Shown here in pieces: positions 1 through 11,512 of a DNA stretch of 62,289 nt (the stretch's first letter is position 1; each line of letters starts with the position of its first letter). The stretch covers positions 1 through 62,289 of the forward strand of contig CAWDPO010000039.1 of assembly GCA_963804165.1 (NCBI GenBank). The letters are read 5' to 3'. Source of the DNA: an uncultured delta proteobacterium (GTDB taxonomy: Bacteria > Desulfobacterota > Binatia > UBA9968). Both the position numbers and the translations under genes were made by a program. A model generated the notes under the pieces. It worked only from the letters and a program-made list of their open reading frames with translations, did not search any database and was not told where the DNA came from.

Positions 1-601
1 TGATCGTTCGCGATCTCAGAAGTCAGGATGTCGTCGGTACCTACCGCTTGCTGCGGGGATCGAAAGCGCGCCGACAATCGGCTTTTATTCCGAGAAAGAA
101 TTCGATCTATCGCGCATCAAAGCGCTTGATGGTGAATTGTTAGAGCTCGGCCGCTCGTGCGCGCGCAAAGATTTCCGCGATCGAGCGCTCATCCCGCTCA
201 TGTGGGAAGCTTCGTCGATTATGTCAGGCGCACCAAGTGCGTTACTTTTCGGCTGCGGCAGCTTATATACGACGGATGTTGCTGAAGTCAGCGCCATTTT
301 TGCCCTCCTCAAAAACAAATATTACGCGCCTGACCATTGCACGAGTCGAGCCCATGAAAGCCTGCCGCTTTAACCCTTTAGTCGGTGCCAATCCGTGCCG
401 ACGAAGCGGCGCTGTTCCAGAACTGCCGAGTTTGATCAAAGGCTATCTGCGCATCGGCTCGTTGGTCTGCGGTCCGCCGGCGCTGGATGCCGAGTTCGGT
501 ACGGCAGACTTCTTCTTGCTTTTAGACTTTGTGATTTGAAAGAGGGCTATTTAAAACGTTTGGGCTTGGTGGATGTGAGGGTGAGCGATGCGCCTGCTTA
601 A
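1..601 (+). CDS. olsB: GNAT-fold ornithine N-acyltransferase (OlsB-like), 5'-truncated by window edge, split by frameshifts
   Basis: Fragments in successive frames: [58 protein letters not shown]. It lies directly upstream of a lyso-lipid acyltransferase. Confidence 0.7.
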
Positions 602-1420
602 ACTCACCGCATTTCTTTCTCTCTGGGTATTATTTTTTGTCCTGGTCGGGATGGTTCACTTGTGGATCTCGATCCTGGCCTGCCCAATCGCTGGAAAATT
701 GTTAGCCGTCTCAGTCGCACTCATAATTCGCTGTTGCGCTCGATTCTCAATATAAAATTCACGGTTGTCGGCGACGAAGGCGAGCTTGAGCGCGGCGGCT
801 ATGTCATCATCGCCAATCACGTCGGTTACATCGACGGTATCGTGCTCGGCAGTATTTTTCCCATCGTCTTCGTATCAAAGAAGGAAGTACACAGTTGGCC
901 CATCGTCGGCCAGTGGAACATTCTCTGCGGGACGATCTTCATCGACCGGCAAAGAAAAGGCCAGGTCGGTAGGATGGTGCAAGAGATGTCGCGCAAGCTG
1001 AAGCAGGAAGCCAATATCCTGCTATTTCCCGAGGGCACCTCGACCAATGGCGAAAAGATGCTGCCGTTTCAGACCGTGCCGCTGGCGGCGCCGCTGCGCA
1101 GCCGGTCGGTGATCGTGCCGACGACCCTTGTATATAAACATCGAGAGCGGCCGGTGAGCCCGGCCAATCGCGATTCGCTTTATTGGTATGGCGACATGGA
1201 ATTCGTATCGCATTTCTGGAAGCTGTTAGGACTGCGCAGCATCGAGGTGCTGATAACGATCCAGCCCAAGATCGAATGTTTTCGCTATCGGGATAATTCG
1301 GCGGGACGCAAAAAACTGGCCGAGGACTGCTACGATAGAGTCCTCGGCCGGGTGACGGAAACTAGTTTAGATCAGGATGAAGAGACCGAAGCGGGCGGCG
1401 AGCCGTTACTTCCCACTTAA
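588..1420 (+). CDS. Lysophospholipid/lyso-ornithine-lipid acyltransferase (PlsC/OlsA family); one frameshift near 5' end
   Basis: NHVGYID (HX4D), FIDR and FPEGT motifs in ORF 662-1420. ATG at 588 begins a hydrophobic N-terminus in another frame. Confidence 0.8.
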
Positions 1421-1857
1421 TTGTTTCTTGATATTCTCGACGAACTCTTTGAGCATCGCGTCGGCTTTCTTGCGGATGATCGGTTGGCCGAACTCGCCGA
1501 TCTTGCCGAGAATATTCACGTCGGTTTCGACGACCAGCTCGGTCTAGTAGCGCTGATCTCTTTCAAGTTCATGATGGTTTTGCCGTTAACCGCGCCCGCC
1601 GCCATGCGGTCTTTCGCTTCAGCACGCAGCGCGGCGCGCCAATCGGTTTTGTTTTGCTCTTCAAGGATAATCTTGCCTTGCAGGTTCAACTTGATCGGGC
1701 CGACGCGCACGGTCAGCGCGCCTTCATAGGTTGTATCGTCGATCTTGCTGACCGAATCCACCCCAGGCAGCGACTTGGCTACCTTGGGCACATCCATCAA
1801 GAAATCCCAAAGCGGTTCACGGGCCACGGGGATCTGGGCTGTCTGGGAAAATTTCAA
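1406..1857 (-). CDS. CoxG/SRPBCC family protein, one frameshift near 1540
   Basis: LWDFLMDVPKVAKSLPGV..VRVGPIKL; C-terminus IIRKKADAMLKEFVENIKKQLSGK* in a second frame. Confidence 0.75.
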
Positions 1858-2795
1858 CGTTTTTTACCTTTCTTGACGGCCTTCTTTGTTGCCGGCTTCG
1901 GCTTCGGTGCCGCTTTGGCTTTGGCCTGCTGGCGAATGTCGGTGAGCGCTTTTTCCAGAGCGCGCCGGACGAATACCGCTGCCATATCGGTCTTGTAGGC
2001 TGCCGAGCCGCGGAAATCGCTGACCGGGTCGACGGCTTGTTTAGCCTTCTCTCCCGCTTCAGCAAAAGCTTCGGCCTTCAAGGGTTGGCCGCGCAGCACC
2101 GCTTCGGCTGCGGTGGCCCGGATCGGCGTCACGCCGACGCTACCCAGCGCGATGCGCACATCGGCGATGGTTTTCATCGTCTTGTCGAGAGTCAGCACTG
2201 CCGCCGCCGAGACGGTGGCATAATCATCCGCCGTGCGCGGCAAAAATTTAATATAGGCCGCGCCGGTGTTGGGCGCCTGTTTCGGCACCATCACTTCGGT
2301 GATGATCTCATCGGGATTGAGCAGAGTCTCATAATAATCTTTGAAAAATTCATCGAGGGGAATCACTCGGCTGCCGGACGGCGAGGTCGCTTTCACTGTG
2401 GCGCCAAGCGCGATCAGGCTGGGCGGGGGATCCTGGTTGGGATCGGCATGGGCCAAGCCGCCGCCGACGGTGGCCATGTTGCGTATGCGCAGGGTGGCGA
2501 CATGGTGATAAGTCTCGGCCAACATCGGCAAGCGCCGGCGCACTAGTGACGAGCTTTCCACTGCTCTATGGGAGGCCAGCCCGCCGATCGACAAGCCGCC
2601 GTCTTTTATTTCGATGCCGTTCAAGCCGCGCACCGAGCTCAGGCTGACCAGGCAGGTGGGCCGGACCAAGCGCTGTTTCATCATGATCACCAAGGCGGTG
2701 CCGCCGGCGAGCAACTTGGCGTCGCCGCCAAACTCTTTTAGTGTCGCGTGGACTTCTTTGAGACTCTTCGGGGTGCGATATTCAAAAGGTATCAT
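1854..2795 (-). CDS. Molybdenum hydroxylase FAD-binding medium subunit (CoxM/CutM family)
   Basis: FEYRTP, LLAGGTAL, IRNMATVGG, ADPNQDPP, DPVSDFRGSAAYK; Lys/Ala-rich tail. Confidence 0.9.
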   Translation of the reverse strand: MIPFEYRTPKSLKEVHATLKEFGGDAKLLAGGTALVIMMKQRLVRPTCLVSLSSVRGLNGIEIKDGGLSIGGLASHRAVESSSLVRRRLPMLAETYHHVATLRIRNMATVGGGLAHADPNQDPPPSLIALGATVKATSPSGSRVIPLDEFFKDYYETLLNPDEIITEVMVPKQAPNTGAAYIKFLPRTADDYATVSAAAVLTLDKTMKTIADVRIALGSVGVTPIRATAAEAVLRGQPLKAEAFAEAGEKAKQAVDPVSDFRGSAAYKTDMAAVFVRRALEKALTDIRQQAKAKAAPKPKPATKKAVKKGKKR

Positions 2796-2808
2796 GGCTG
2801 TGTCCTTA

Positions 2809-3276
2809 TTATTTCGCGAATTGATGCGCTTTCTGGATCGATTCGATGATCTTGTAATAACCGGTGCAGCGGCACAGGTTGCCCATCATCCAGTCTTTGA
2901 TTTCGTCTTCGTTGGGCTTGGGGTTTTCTTTCAATAAAGCAGTCGCCGCGACCACCTGGCCGGGGGTGCAGATGCCGCATTGAAAACCGCCATATTGGAT
3001 GAAACTCTTTTGCACCGGATTGAGCTCGCCATTTTTCGCCAGACCCTCAACCGTGGTGAGTTCATGGCCGTCCGCCATAACTGCTAAGGTTAGGCAGGAG
3101 CTGATCATGTCGCCGTCCATCAGCACGGTGCAGGCGCCGCAGACGCCGACGCTGCAACCTTCCTTGGTGCCGGTCATCCCGAGATCGTAACGCAAACAGT
3201 CGATTAACATGCGATTGGTCGGGACGTCGACCTCATGTCGTTTGCCGTTAACGCGAAATTTGATCTTCTTATTCAT
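2809..3276 (-). CDS. Molybdenum hydroxylase [2Fe-2S] small subunit (CoxS/CutS family)
   Basis: GCSVGVCGACTV..SSC, QCGICTPG, GNLCRCTGY. Confidence 0.93.
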   Translation of the reverse strand: MNKKIKFRVNGKRHEVDVPTNRMLIDCLRYDLGMTGTKEGCSVGVCGACTVLMDGDMISSCLTLAVMADGHELTTVEGLAKNGELNPVQKSFIQYGGFQCGICTPGQVVAATALLKENPKPNEDEIKDWMMGNLCRCTGYYKIIESIQKAHQFAK

Positions 3277-3499
3277 CGCTGTTCCTTTCTCAGAGTCTGT
3301 CGCGCGGAGTTTTCAGCACAGGCTGGAAAAAACCACTAGGGCCTTCTTATAGTGAGAAATTTTTCAAACTGCAAGCCATTTTCCCGGCAAATTCTCCTGG
3401 GAAACGATCGCTATTACGGCCGCCAATCGGCGTCGCTGGATTACTATCGCGGTGGCGCCCCAACCCCAACATTTTGTGCTTACGCAAGCCGTGATGGGA

Positions 3500-4683
<1,184 letters not shown>

Positions 4684-4808
4684 CTATTACAGACTTAAGC
4701 CTCTTAGCAGATTCGTAAGAATGCCATGAAAACGGAACCGACGCGACGGTTGCAATACTTCCACCATTTGTGGGAAAGAATAGGAGACTAATTATTGGAG
4801 GTGGCGCT

Positions 4809-5426
4809 ATGTTTCTTGAGATGAGAACTTATGTGTTGAAACCAGGGATGACGAATAACTTTGTCGAACGCTTCGCCGAGGGACTAACGGCGCGGCTGCA
4901 ATTTTCCAAGCTGCTTGGACTATTCTGCTCGGAAGTGGGCGGTCTGAACCGGGTGACTCATGTCTGGCCTTACGAGAGCTTCGAAGACCGCGAGCGCATC
5001 GGCGGCGAGGCGCGCAAGACTGGCAAATGGCCGCCCAAGACGCAAGAGTTCATTGTCACGCAAGAAAACAAGATCGTCCAGTTGGCGCCGTACTCGCCGC
5101 CGCTGCCGGAAAAAAAGCTCGGCGAGCTTTATGAGTTCCGCACCTACACTTATCAACCCGGCGCCATGCCGACGGTCTTTGAACGCTGGAGCAAGGTAAT
5201 CCGGCGCCGCACCAAAGTATCGCCGCTAGTTTTTGCCGGGCAGACGATCATCGGGCCGCTGAACCAATATATTCATGTTTGGGCCTACAAAGACGCCGGC
5301 GAGCGCGAGCGTCTGCGCGCCGAAGCGACGAAAACCGTTGAAGGTTGGCCGCCGCCTACCAGGGAGCTGCTGGTGATGCAGGAAAATACCATTATGACTC
5401 CGGCGCCCTGTGCGCCGTTTAAATAA
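4809..5426 (+). CDS. NIPSNAP family protein (two tandem domains)
   Basis: Two EMRTY/EFRTY..HVWPY/HVWAY..RER units; GGAGG RBS before ATG 4809. Confidence 0.85.
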   Translation: MFLEMRTYVLKPGMTNNFVERFAEGLTARLQFSKLLGLFCSEVGGLNRVTHVWPYESFEDRERIGGEARKTGKWPPKTQEFIVTQENKIVQLAPYSPPLPEKKLGELYEFRTYTYQPGAMPTVFERWSKVIRRRTKVSPLVFAGQTIIGPLNQYIHVWAYKDAGERERLRAEATKTVEGWPPPTRELLVMQENTIMTPAPCAPFK

Positions 5427-5605
5427 ACTCGAATGGAGTAATAGGTAAATTGCTTCAGTGCCGGTCGATGAGCGGCCTTGGAATCTATGACGACAGGGGG
5501 AGCGTTCGCAGCTCTCCCTGTCTTTATTTTGGCCGCGACGACAAAGTATCGCTTCGCGCAGTCTCTGGAAGTAATAAAAGTTTTCCGATACTCGTTCAGG
5601 TGTCC

Positions 5606-6708
5606 ATGTTTTATAAATCGCTGATTCGTCCAATGCTTATTTCGTAAAGATCCCGAGGTAAGCCACGAGACGATACTGGCGCTGCTGGCACGAGCAGAAA
5701 TTCTTTCCGTACTTTCGAAAATTTTTATAGAGTCGAAGACGAACGGTTAGGCGTCAAGATCGGACCGCTGACTTTTCCCAACCCGGTGGGACTGGCCGCC
5801 GGTTTCGACAAAAGCGCTCTGGCGCCCAAGATGCTATCCGCATTCGGTTTCGGCTTCATGGAAGTGGGCGCGATCACCGCCCAGGCTCAGCCAGGCAATC
5901 CCAAACCGCGGCTTTATCGATTGCCCGAAGACGAAGCTTTAATTAATCGCCTGGGATTTAACAACGAAGGCGCCGAAGCGATCGCCATCAAGCTCGACCG
6001 GTTACGCGCGCGCGGCGGGCGGCCGAAGATTCCCCTTGGCATGAACATCGGCCGCACGAAGATTGTCGAGACCAAGGATGCGGTGGCGGATTTTCTTTCG
6101 TGCTTCGAGCAACTTTTCCCCACGGCGATTTTTTCACTTTGAACGTCAGCTCGCCGAACACGCCCAACCTGCGCGACCTGCAGGAAAAAAGTTGTTACGC
6201 GAACTGCTCTCGGCGGTCCAGCAGAAAAATCTCGCACTGGCTTCGCGGTGCGAAAATTGAACCTAAAGCGGTTTTCGTCAAAATCGCTCCGGATATGGAG
6301 TTTGCCCAAGTCGACGAGATCATCGATGTCGTCCAGCAGGTGAAGCTCACCGGTATCGTCGCCACCAACGCGACGTGCGATGAAACGTGAGAGACTGAAA
6401 TCGCCCAACGGCGCCGAGCCCGGCGGATTGAGCGGCCGGCCCATCACGTCAATGGTGACGCATTTATTTCGCATATCTATCGAATCACCCGCGGGCGGCT
6501 GCCGATTATCGGCGTCGGCGGAATTTTTGACGCCTACGATGCCTACGAGAAGATCAAGGCCGGCGCCAATGCGGTGCAGATTTATACCGGCTGGATCTAC
6601 GAAGGGCCGGGGGCGGTAAAGCGGATCAACAAAGGCTTACTTCAACTGCTTCAGCGGGACGGCCTCAAACATATAGCCGAAGCGGTCGGCATCGATGTGA
6701 AATCCTGA
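5606..6708 (+). CDS. pyrD: Quinone-dependent dihydroorotate dehydrogenase; several frameshifts
   Basis: [81 protein letters not shown] across frames. Confidence 0.88.
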
Positions 6709-6716
6709 ACGCTGCG

Positions 6717-7298
6717 TCAGATCGTTTCTCCTACCCGCTCGCGGCGTGGGTGATCTTTTAGCCGCACGAAAGAAAGCTCTTCCTTCCACTGTACTAAAGC
6801 AGTGAATGTTTCGCGCCCGCGCAGCAGCGAGCGCTCACGGCGATCGCCGGTGAGCTTTAAAAGTTCAGGAAATAGCTCGCGGTGAAACAGAATCGGACTG
6901 CGCGTTTTGCCGTCGAAGCTCGGAGCGACGATCAATGCCGAGCTCTCATAAAATTTTTCGATCAGCGCGTCGATCAAGTCCTTGCGCATAAAGGGTTGGT
7001 CGCCGTCGAGAAACATGATCCCTTTGCTCTTTGGATGGATCGCCCAAAGGCCGGTGATCGCGGAAGCGCTTTGGCCGCGATTGTTGGAGTTCACCAGCCA
7101 GAATAGTTTATCGTCGACAAGATGGATCTGGCGCCGCGCGGATTTCAGATCGTCCAAGACGCAAACGATCTCGTCGAGAGCGGAGGCGAGGGCGCTCTCC
7201 AACAGCCATTGCAGCGCCGGCTTGCCGTTGAGTGGCAGAAAGAGTTCTGGTTCGCCTCTTCTCTGGGCTCCGGCGGCTAAAACGACAGCGGATAACAT
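6717..7298 (-). CDS. MocA/MobA-like NTP transferase (molybdenum cofactor cytidylyltransferase-like), degenerate motifs
   Basis: MLSAVVLAAG, GQSAS, FLDGDQPF, PILFHRELFPELLKLTGD. Confidence 0.7.
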   Translation of the reverse strand: MLSAVVLAAGAQRRGEPELFLPLNGKPALQWLLESALASALDEIVCVLDDLKSARRQIHLVDDKLFWLVNSNNRGQSASAITGLWAIHPKSKGIMFLDGDQPFMRKDLIDALIEKFYESSALIVAPSFDGKTRSPILFHRELFPELLKLTGDRRERSLLRGRETFTALVQWKEELSFVRLKDHPRRERVGETI

Positions 7299-7530
7299 GC
7301 GCAAACCTGCTCTGGGTATTGAAAAAAGCTCTTTTATGTATTCTTCGCGGGCTGAACTTGCATCGACAGCTTGATCAACATTGCAACCGTGGAAACCATG
7401 GTCCTCTCCCGTAGCTCTTTCGCAATCTCGTTGCAAGCTAACGCGGCAAAATTATTGAATGGCTAATCTTTCCTTCTCTTGCTCGGCCGCGTCGCTTGAA
7501 AGGCCAAAGCCTTTTGGCTAACGTCCGAAC

Positions 7531-8022
7531 ATGCCGCGAACATTTAGCATCGAAGTAGCGAAAGATTATTTCAATTTTGCTTCGGCTCATTTCTTGATAT
7601 TCGCCAACGGGCAAAGGGAACCGTTGCACGGACATAATTACCAAGTTTCCGTCGCCATGGAAGGCGAGCTCGACAGCGCCGGCGTGGTGCTCGATTTCAT
7701 TGCTTTCAAACCGCTCGTCAAGCGCATCTGCGATGCGTTGGATCACCGCACGTTGATTCAGACCGCCAGCCCGGCGATCGAAGTGCGCCGGCGCGCTCGC
7801 GAGGTGGAGCTGCGCTACAAGAAACAGAAGATAATTTTGCCGAGGCAGGACGTCATTCTCCTGCCATTGACGAACACAAGCACGGAACTGCTGGCGGAAC
7901 ATGTCGCCAATCAAATTCGCCAAAAAGTCCGCCGGACGTTTCCCCGAACGAAAATTCGTTCCTTGGAAGTCGGCGTAGAAGAGGCGCGCGGTCAGCGCGG
8001 TATTTATCGCGGTGAGTTTTAG
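7531..8022 (+). CDS. 6-pyruvoyl-tetrahydropterin synthase family (COG0720), EX2HGH (PTPS-III-type) signature
   Basis: FASAHF..REPLHGHNY, LDF, LDH, NTSTELLA, VEE. Confidence 0.85.
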   Translation: MPRTFSIEVAKDYFNFASAHFLIFANGQREPLHGHNYQVSVAMEGELDSAGVVLDFIAFKPLVKRICDALDHRTLIQTASPAIEVRRRAREVELRYKKQKIILPRQDVILLPLTNTSTELLAEHVANQIRQKVRRTFPRTKIRSLEVGVEEARGQRGIYRGEF

Positions 8023-8040
8023 CGCCGCAGGGCGCCGCCG

Positions 8041-8104
8041 GTTCAAGGTTCAATGTTCAAGGCCGATGCCCGACTTCACTACTCCCCGACTTTGAACCTT
8101 TGAA
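8041..8104. repeat. Heptamer repeats GTTCAA(G/T) x3 with inverted TTTGAAC copies between convergent genes
   Basis: gttcaag gttcaat gttcaag (8041-8061) ... tttgaac ctttgaa (8091-8104). Confidence 0.55.
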
Positions 8105-8157
8105 TGAAAAAGTTTAAAGAGTCGCCGTCCGTGACTCTAAACGCTTAGTCGGTCGGA

Positions 8158-8982
8158 CTACTGAGCCGCATTGGTCAATACCCAGCGCGCGACTTCATCA
8201 TGACGCGCAAACCAAACGTCCGGAAAACCTTTCATGTAACGTAGCAACTCATGCAGCATCGCCGACATCAATGGCCGCCCGCCGAAATGCGCGTGTACGG
8301 TCAGATTAATTAACGATGGTGCTTCGTATTTGTAAAGGTAATCGAAGGTATCTTTGTAGACGTTATAAAAATCCCGCGGACTAGAGCGCAACGTGCGGTT
8401 ATCGGTAAAATCGCTGTGCGCGATCGCGATCAGCTTGCCGTTGGCTGTTTCCAATACGTAGGGCAGATCGGTGTCGTTATAGTCGCCGTGCCAGAGAAAT
8501 CCTTCTTGGGCGAGCAGTGCAGCCGTGTGATCGGTTGGCGCCGCGACCGGGCTAAACCAGCCGGCGGGAGCGGTTCCTACGGCTTTCTCGATGATTCGTC
8601 TACAACGCTGGATGACTTCTTTTTCTTCCGCAGCCGAGAGGTAGGGAAGAATCAGGTCTTGAGTGTAAGAATGGCCGGCAATCTCGTGGCCGCGCTGGTG
8701 CACTTCCTTAACCGCTTCGGGAAAAACTTCCGCGCCCCTGGCATTGAGACAAACCGTTGCTTTGATATCGACGTCATCGAAGATGCGCATGAAGCGCCAG
8801 ATGCCGGTTCTGCCGCCGTACTGCGACCAGGATATTCCCAACAGATCGGCAGTCCCAGGCTTGAGCGAAGTCGTCATCGGTGAGTAGGGCGGCGCCTTTC
8901 CCACCGACCAGACTTCGAACATCACCGTGACCATGATCGCGAGCTTCTTGTGACCGGGCCAGTTTGAAATAGTTTTCTCCAC
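8158..8982 (-). CDS. Polysaccharide deacetylase / PuuE-like (CE4) protein
   Basis: YGGRTGIWRF, GHEIAGHSYTQD, GWFSP, DTDLPY, HAHFGGRP, VWFARHDEVA; GTG start 8982 inferred. Confidence 0.85.
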   Translation of the reverse strand: MEKTISNWPGHKKLAIMVTVMFEVWSVGKAPPYSPMTTSLKPGTADLLGISWSQYGGRTGIWRFMRIFDDVDIKATVCLNARGAEVFPEAVKEVHQRGHEIAGHSYTQDLILPYLSAAEEKEVIQRCRRIIEKAVGTAPAGWFSPVAAPTDHTAALLAQEGFLWHGDYNDTDLPYVLETANGKLIAIAHSDFTDNRTLRSSPRDFYNVYKDTFDYLYKYEAPSLINLTVHAHFGGRPLMSAMLHELLRYMKGFPDVWFARHDEVARWVLTNAAQ

Positions 8983-9014
8983 GATGATTTTCCGGCGCTG
9001 GCAGTGTGGGTTGC

Positions 9015-9959
9015 TTAACCGGCAAATTCCCGCCGCCAATGGTCGGCGATTTTCTCTAGATCCGCCGGCGGTATATCGACATCCGCTCCCGCGGCATTTT
9101 CGCGCATCTGCTCGGCGTTGCGCGCGCCGGGAATCACCACGCTGACCGCCGGGTGGGCGATACAAAAGGCGATCGCCGCTTGGACGAGATTTCTTACCGG
9201 GCCGTGAACCAAGAAACGCAGCTGGTCCGCTTTGGCCAATTCCTTGGCAAACGCTTCGCCCTTGAAACTACGCGCACGCACATCTTCGCCCTGAAACCTG
9301 GCTTCGTCGGCGATGGTCATTTTACCGGTCAGGATGCCGCGCTTTAACGGCACGCGCGCGATGACGCCGACGCCAGCTTGCTCTGCCAGCGGAAAGATTT
9401 TCTCCCGCGGCTCTTGGGCGAGCAGATTGTACTCCACCTGGATGGTTTCGGCGCGGCCGTCTTTGACCGCGGCGATGCCTTCTTCCATGGTATTGATGGA
9501 AACCCCATAGTGGCGGATCTTCCCGGCCCGCTTGGCGCGTTCCAACACCTCCCACACAGCACCGCGTTCGATCACTTCGACCGTCGGATTATGCAGTTGG
9601 TAAAGATCGATGTAGTCGGTTTGGAGCCGCTGTAAGCTCTCGTCCATGACCCGGCTGATGTACTCCGGATCGAAGATGCGCTTGCCGCGGTTCGGGCCGG
9701 CCATCACGTTGCCGCCCTTGGTCGCAAGGATGACCTTGTCGCGTTTTCCTTTCAGCGCGTTCCCCAGCAGCGTTTCTGAGTAGCCAGCGCCATAGGCATC
9801 CGACGTGTCGATAAAATTGACCCCTAACTCCAACGCCGTTTCAATGGCCCCGAGCGATTCGGAGTCTTTCATCGCGCCGAAGTGTCCGGCGTGGACCATC
9901 GTGCCAAGGCCGACCGCGCTGGTCCGTAATCCAGTTTTGCCAAGATTTTTGTACTTCAT
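9015..9959 (-). CDS. Aldo/keto reductase
   Basis: LGKTGL, DTSDAYG, LATKGG, DYIDLYQLHNP, GKIRHYGVS, IPGARN. Confidence 0.92.
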   Translation of the reverse strand: MKYKNLGKTGLRTSAVGLGTMVHAGHFGAMKDSESLGAIETALELGVNFIDTSDAYGAGYSETLLGNALKGKRDKVILATKGGNVMAGPNRGKRIFDPEYISRVMDESLQRLQTDYIDLYQLHNPTVEVIERGAVWEVLERAKRAGKIRHYGVSINTMEEGIAAVKDGRAETIQVEYNLLAQEPREKIFPLAEQAGVGVIARVPLKRGILTGKMTIADEARFQGEDVRARSFKGEAFAKELAKADQLRFLVHGPVRNLVQAAIAFCIAHPAVSVVIPGARNAEQMRENAAGADVDIPPADLEKIADHWRREFAG

Positions 9960-10073
9960 AACGTCCAAGATAGGACAGCTCGGCCTACGGTCGCAAGCTC
10001 TTCGGCCGACCTATGACCTAGGCCCGGGAACTTTTGCCGGGCGCTCTCGTTGATCCACTAGAACGGTGCGCGG

Positions 10074-10685
10074 TTGGACTCTAGGGATGCCCTTCATTAC
10101 AATGCCGGGACCGTGGCGCTGAGGAATGTCAGGAACCTTGAGCGGGAACGTTTCGGGTCGGAGATGATGACGCACCTGGATCATCTTTACCGCGTCGCGT
10201 ATTACCTGATTAAGAACGATGATGAGGCGCAGGATTGTGTCCAGGAAACCTGTGCCCGGGCGCTGAGTGCGCGAGAGCAATTTACGCCGGGCACCAATTT
10301 GAAAGCTTGGCTGACCAAGATCCTCTACAATTTTTTCTACGACTTCTACGCGCGTAACAAACGTGTCATAGCTGCCGAGGATCTCGTCGCCTCCGCCGGC
10401 CAGAAGCACGATTTCTTCGACAACTTGCCGGCGCCGAATCCCGGGCCGGAAGCGCAAGTGTTAGCGGAAGAGCTCGGTATGAGAATCAGCGATGGGTTGA
10501 AAAAGATACCCGACGAGTTTCGCGTGCCGATCGTCCTGGTCGATATGGGAGATTTTACTTATGCGGAGGCCGCCGAGATTCTTTCGTGCCCCGTCGGCAC
10601 GGTACGTTCGCGCTTGTCGCGTGGACGCCGACTATTGCAGAAGATATTGAGCGGGTATGTGCTCAAAGGCGAACCTGGATCGTGA
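10074..10685 (+). CDS. ECF sigma-70 factor (start may be ATG 10146/10165 region)
   Basis: DEAQDCVQET, NLKAWLTKIL, FTYAEAAEILSCPVGTVRSRLSRGR. Confidence 0.9.
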   Translation: MDSRDALHYNAGTVALRNVRNLERERFGSEMMTHLDHLYRVAYYLIKNDDEAQDCVQETCARALSAREQFTPGTNLKAWLTKILYNFFYDFYARNKRVIAAEDLVASAGQKHDFFDNLPAPNPGPEAQVLAEELGMRISDGLKKIPDEFRVPIVLVDMGDFTYAEAAEILSCPVGTVRSRLSRGRRLLQKILSGYVLKGEPGS

Positions 10686-10688
10686 CCG

Positions 10689-11492
10689 ATGAATTGTGAC
10701 GAGGCCCAAGAATGGATCACCGCGCTCATTGACAATGAGCTGTCGGGGCCGGAACGCCTCACCGTCGAGGACCACCTCAAGAGCTGTTCACAGTGCCAAC
10801 AAGCTTTTGGACGGGAACTGCGCCTCAAGCAGGAGATTCACCAGGCGAGCGCGCTCATTACTGCGCCGCAAGAGCTGCGTCAGACCCTTATAGCATCAGG
10901 GAGCAATACAGATCTATGGCGTCGCGCCGGATCATGGTTGAAACAATTTCTCACCACGCCCCTCGTTCGACCGGCGCTGGCCTTGGCGGCGCTGCTCCTG
11001 GTGATTTACCCGTTGATCTTTCGCGGCAGTCAAGGTCAGGGCATCGCACTCACGGCATTGACGACCCACGCAGAAATCGAAGCCGGTAGAAAACCTCTCA
11101 CCCGCGTCGCTGATGCTAACGCGCTCAAGACCCAGCTCGTGCAGGCGGTCGGCGGTCGGTTTGCGCCCATGGGTTTCGATCTATCTCCCATGAAGCTCCA
11201 TCCGGTGTCCGGTTTCATGGAAAAAATCAACGGGCGCGAAGTTCTCGTCACGGTTTATCAAGGCGAAGGCTCGAGCGTGACCTGCTTCACGTTTCTCGGC
11301 AGCGAATCCGACGCGCCGGCGGACGCCGAGAAATTTTATGATGCCGCGAAGAGGACCAACTTCTACTCGTTTGACAAGAGCGATGTTCACGCCGTGCTCC
11401 ACAGGGAAGGAGCCGTGATCTGCATCCTGGTTTCTAAAATGCCGGCGGCGGATCTCCTCGCTCTGGCACAGGGTAAGGCGCGCCATGCCTGA
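10689..11492 (+). CDS. Zinc-binding (zf-HC2) transmembrane anti-sigma factor
   Basis: MNC..HLKSCSQC (HX3CX2C), one TM segment, periplasmic domain; 3 bp after the sigma gene. Confidence 0.85.
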   Translation: MNCDEAQEWITALIDNELSGPERLTVEDHLKSCSQCQQAFGRELRLKQEIHQASALITAPQELRQTLIASGSNTDLWRRAGSWLKQFLTTPLVRPALALAALLLVIYPLIFRGSQGQGIALTALTTHAEIEAGRKPLTRVADANALKTQLVQAVGGRFAPMGFDLSPMKLHPVSGFMEKINGREVLVTVYQGEGSSVTCFTFLGSESDAPADAEKFYDAAKRTNFYSFDKSDVHAVLHREGAVICILVSKMPAADLLALAQGKARHA

Positions 11493-11512
11493 AGCCGACA
11501 AGTTAACGTACA

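Noticed and set aside
1406-3276. Calling the cox-like genes an aerobic CO dehydrogenase
   Set aside because: There is no large subunit or active-site motif; S and M subunits are shared by many molybdenum hydroxylases.
5606-6708. pyrD and other split genes as true pseudogenes or programmed frameshifts
   Set aside because: Motifs are intact and only 1-bp indels occur, in many unrelated genes; sequencing error is more parsimonious.
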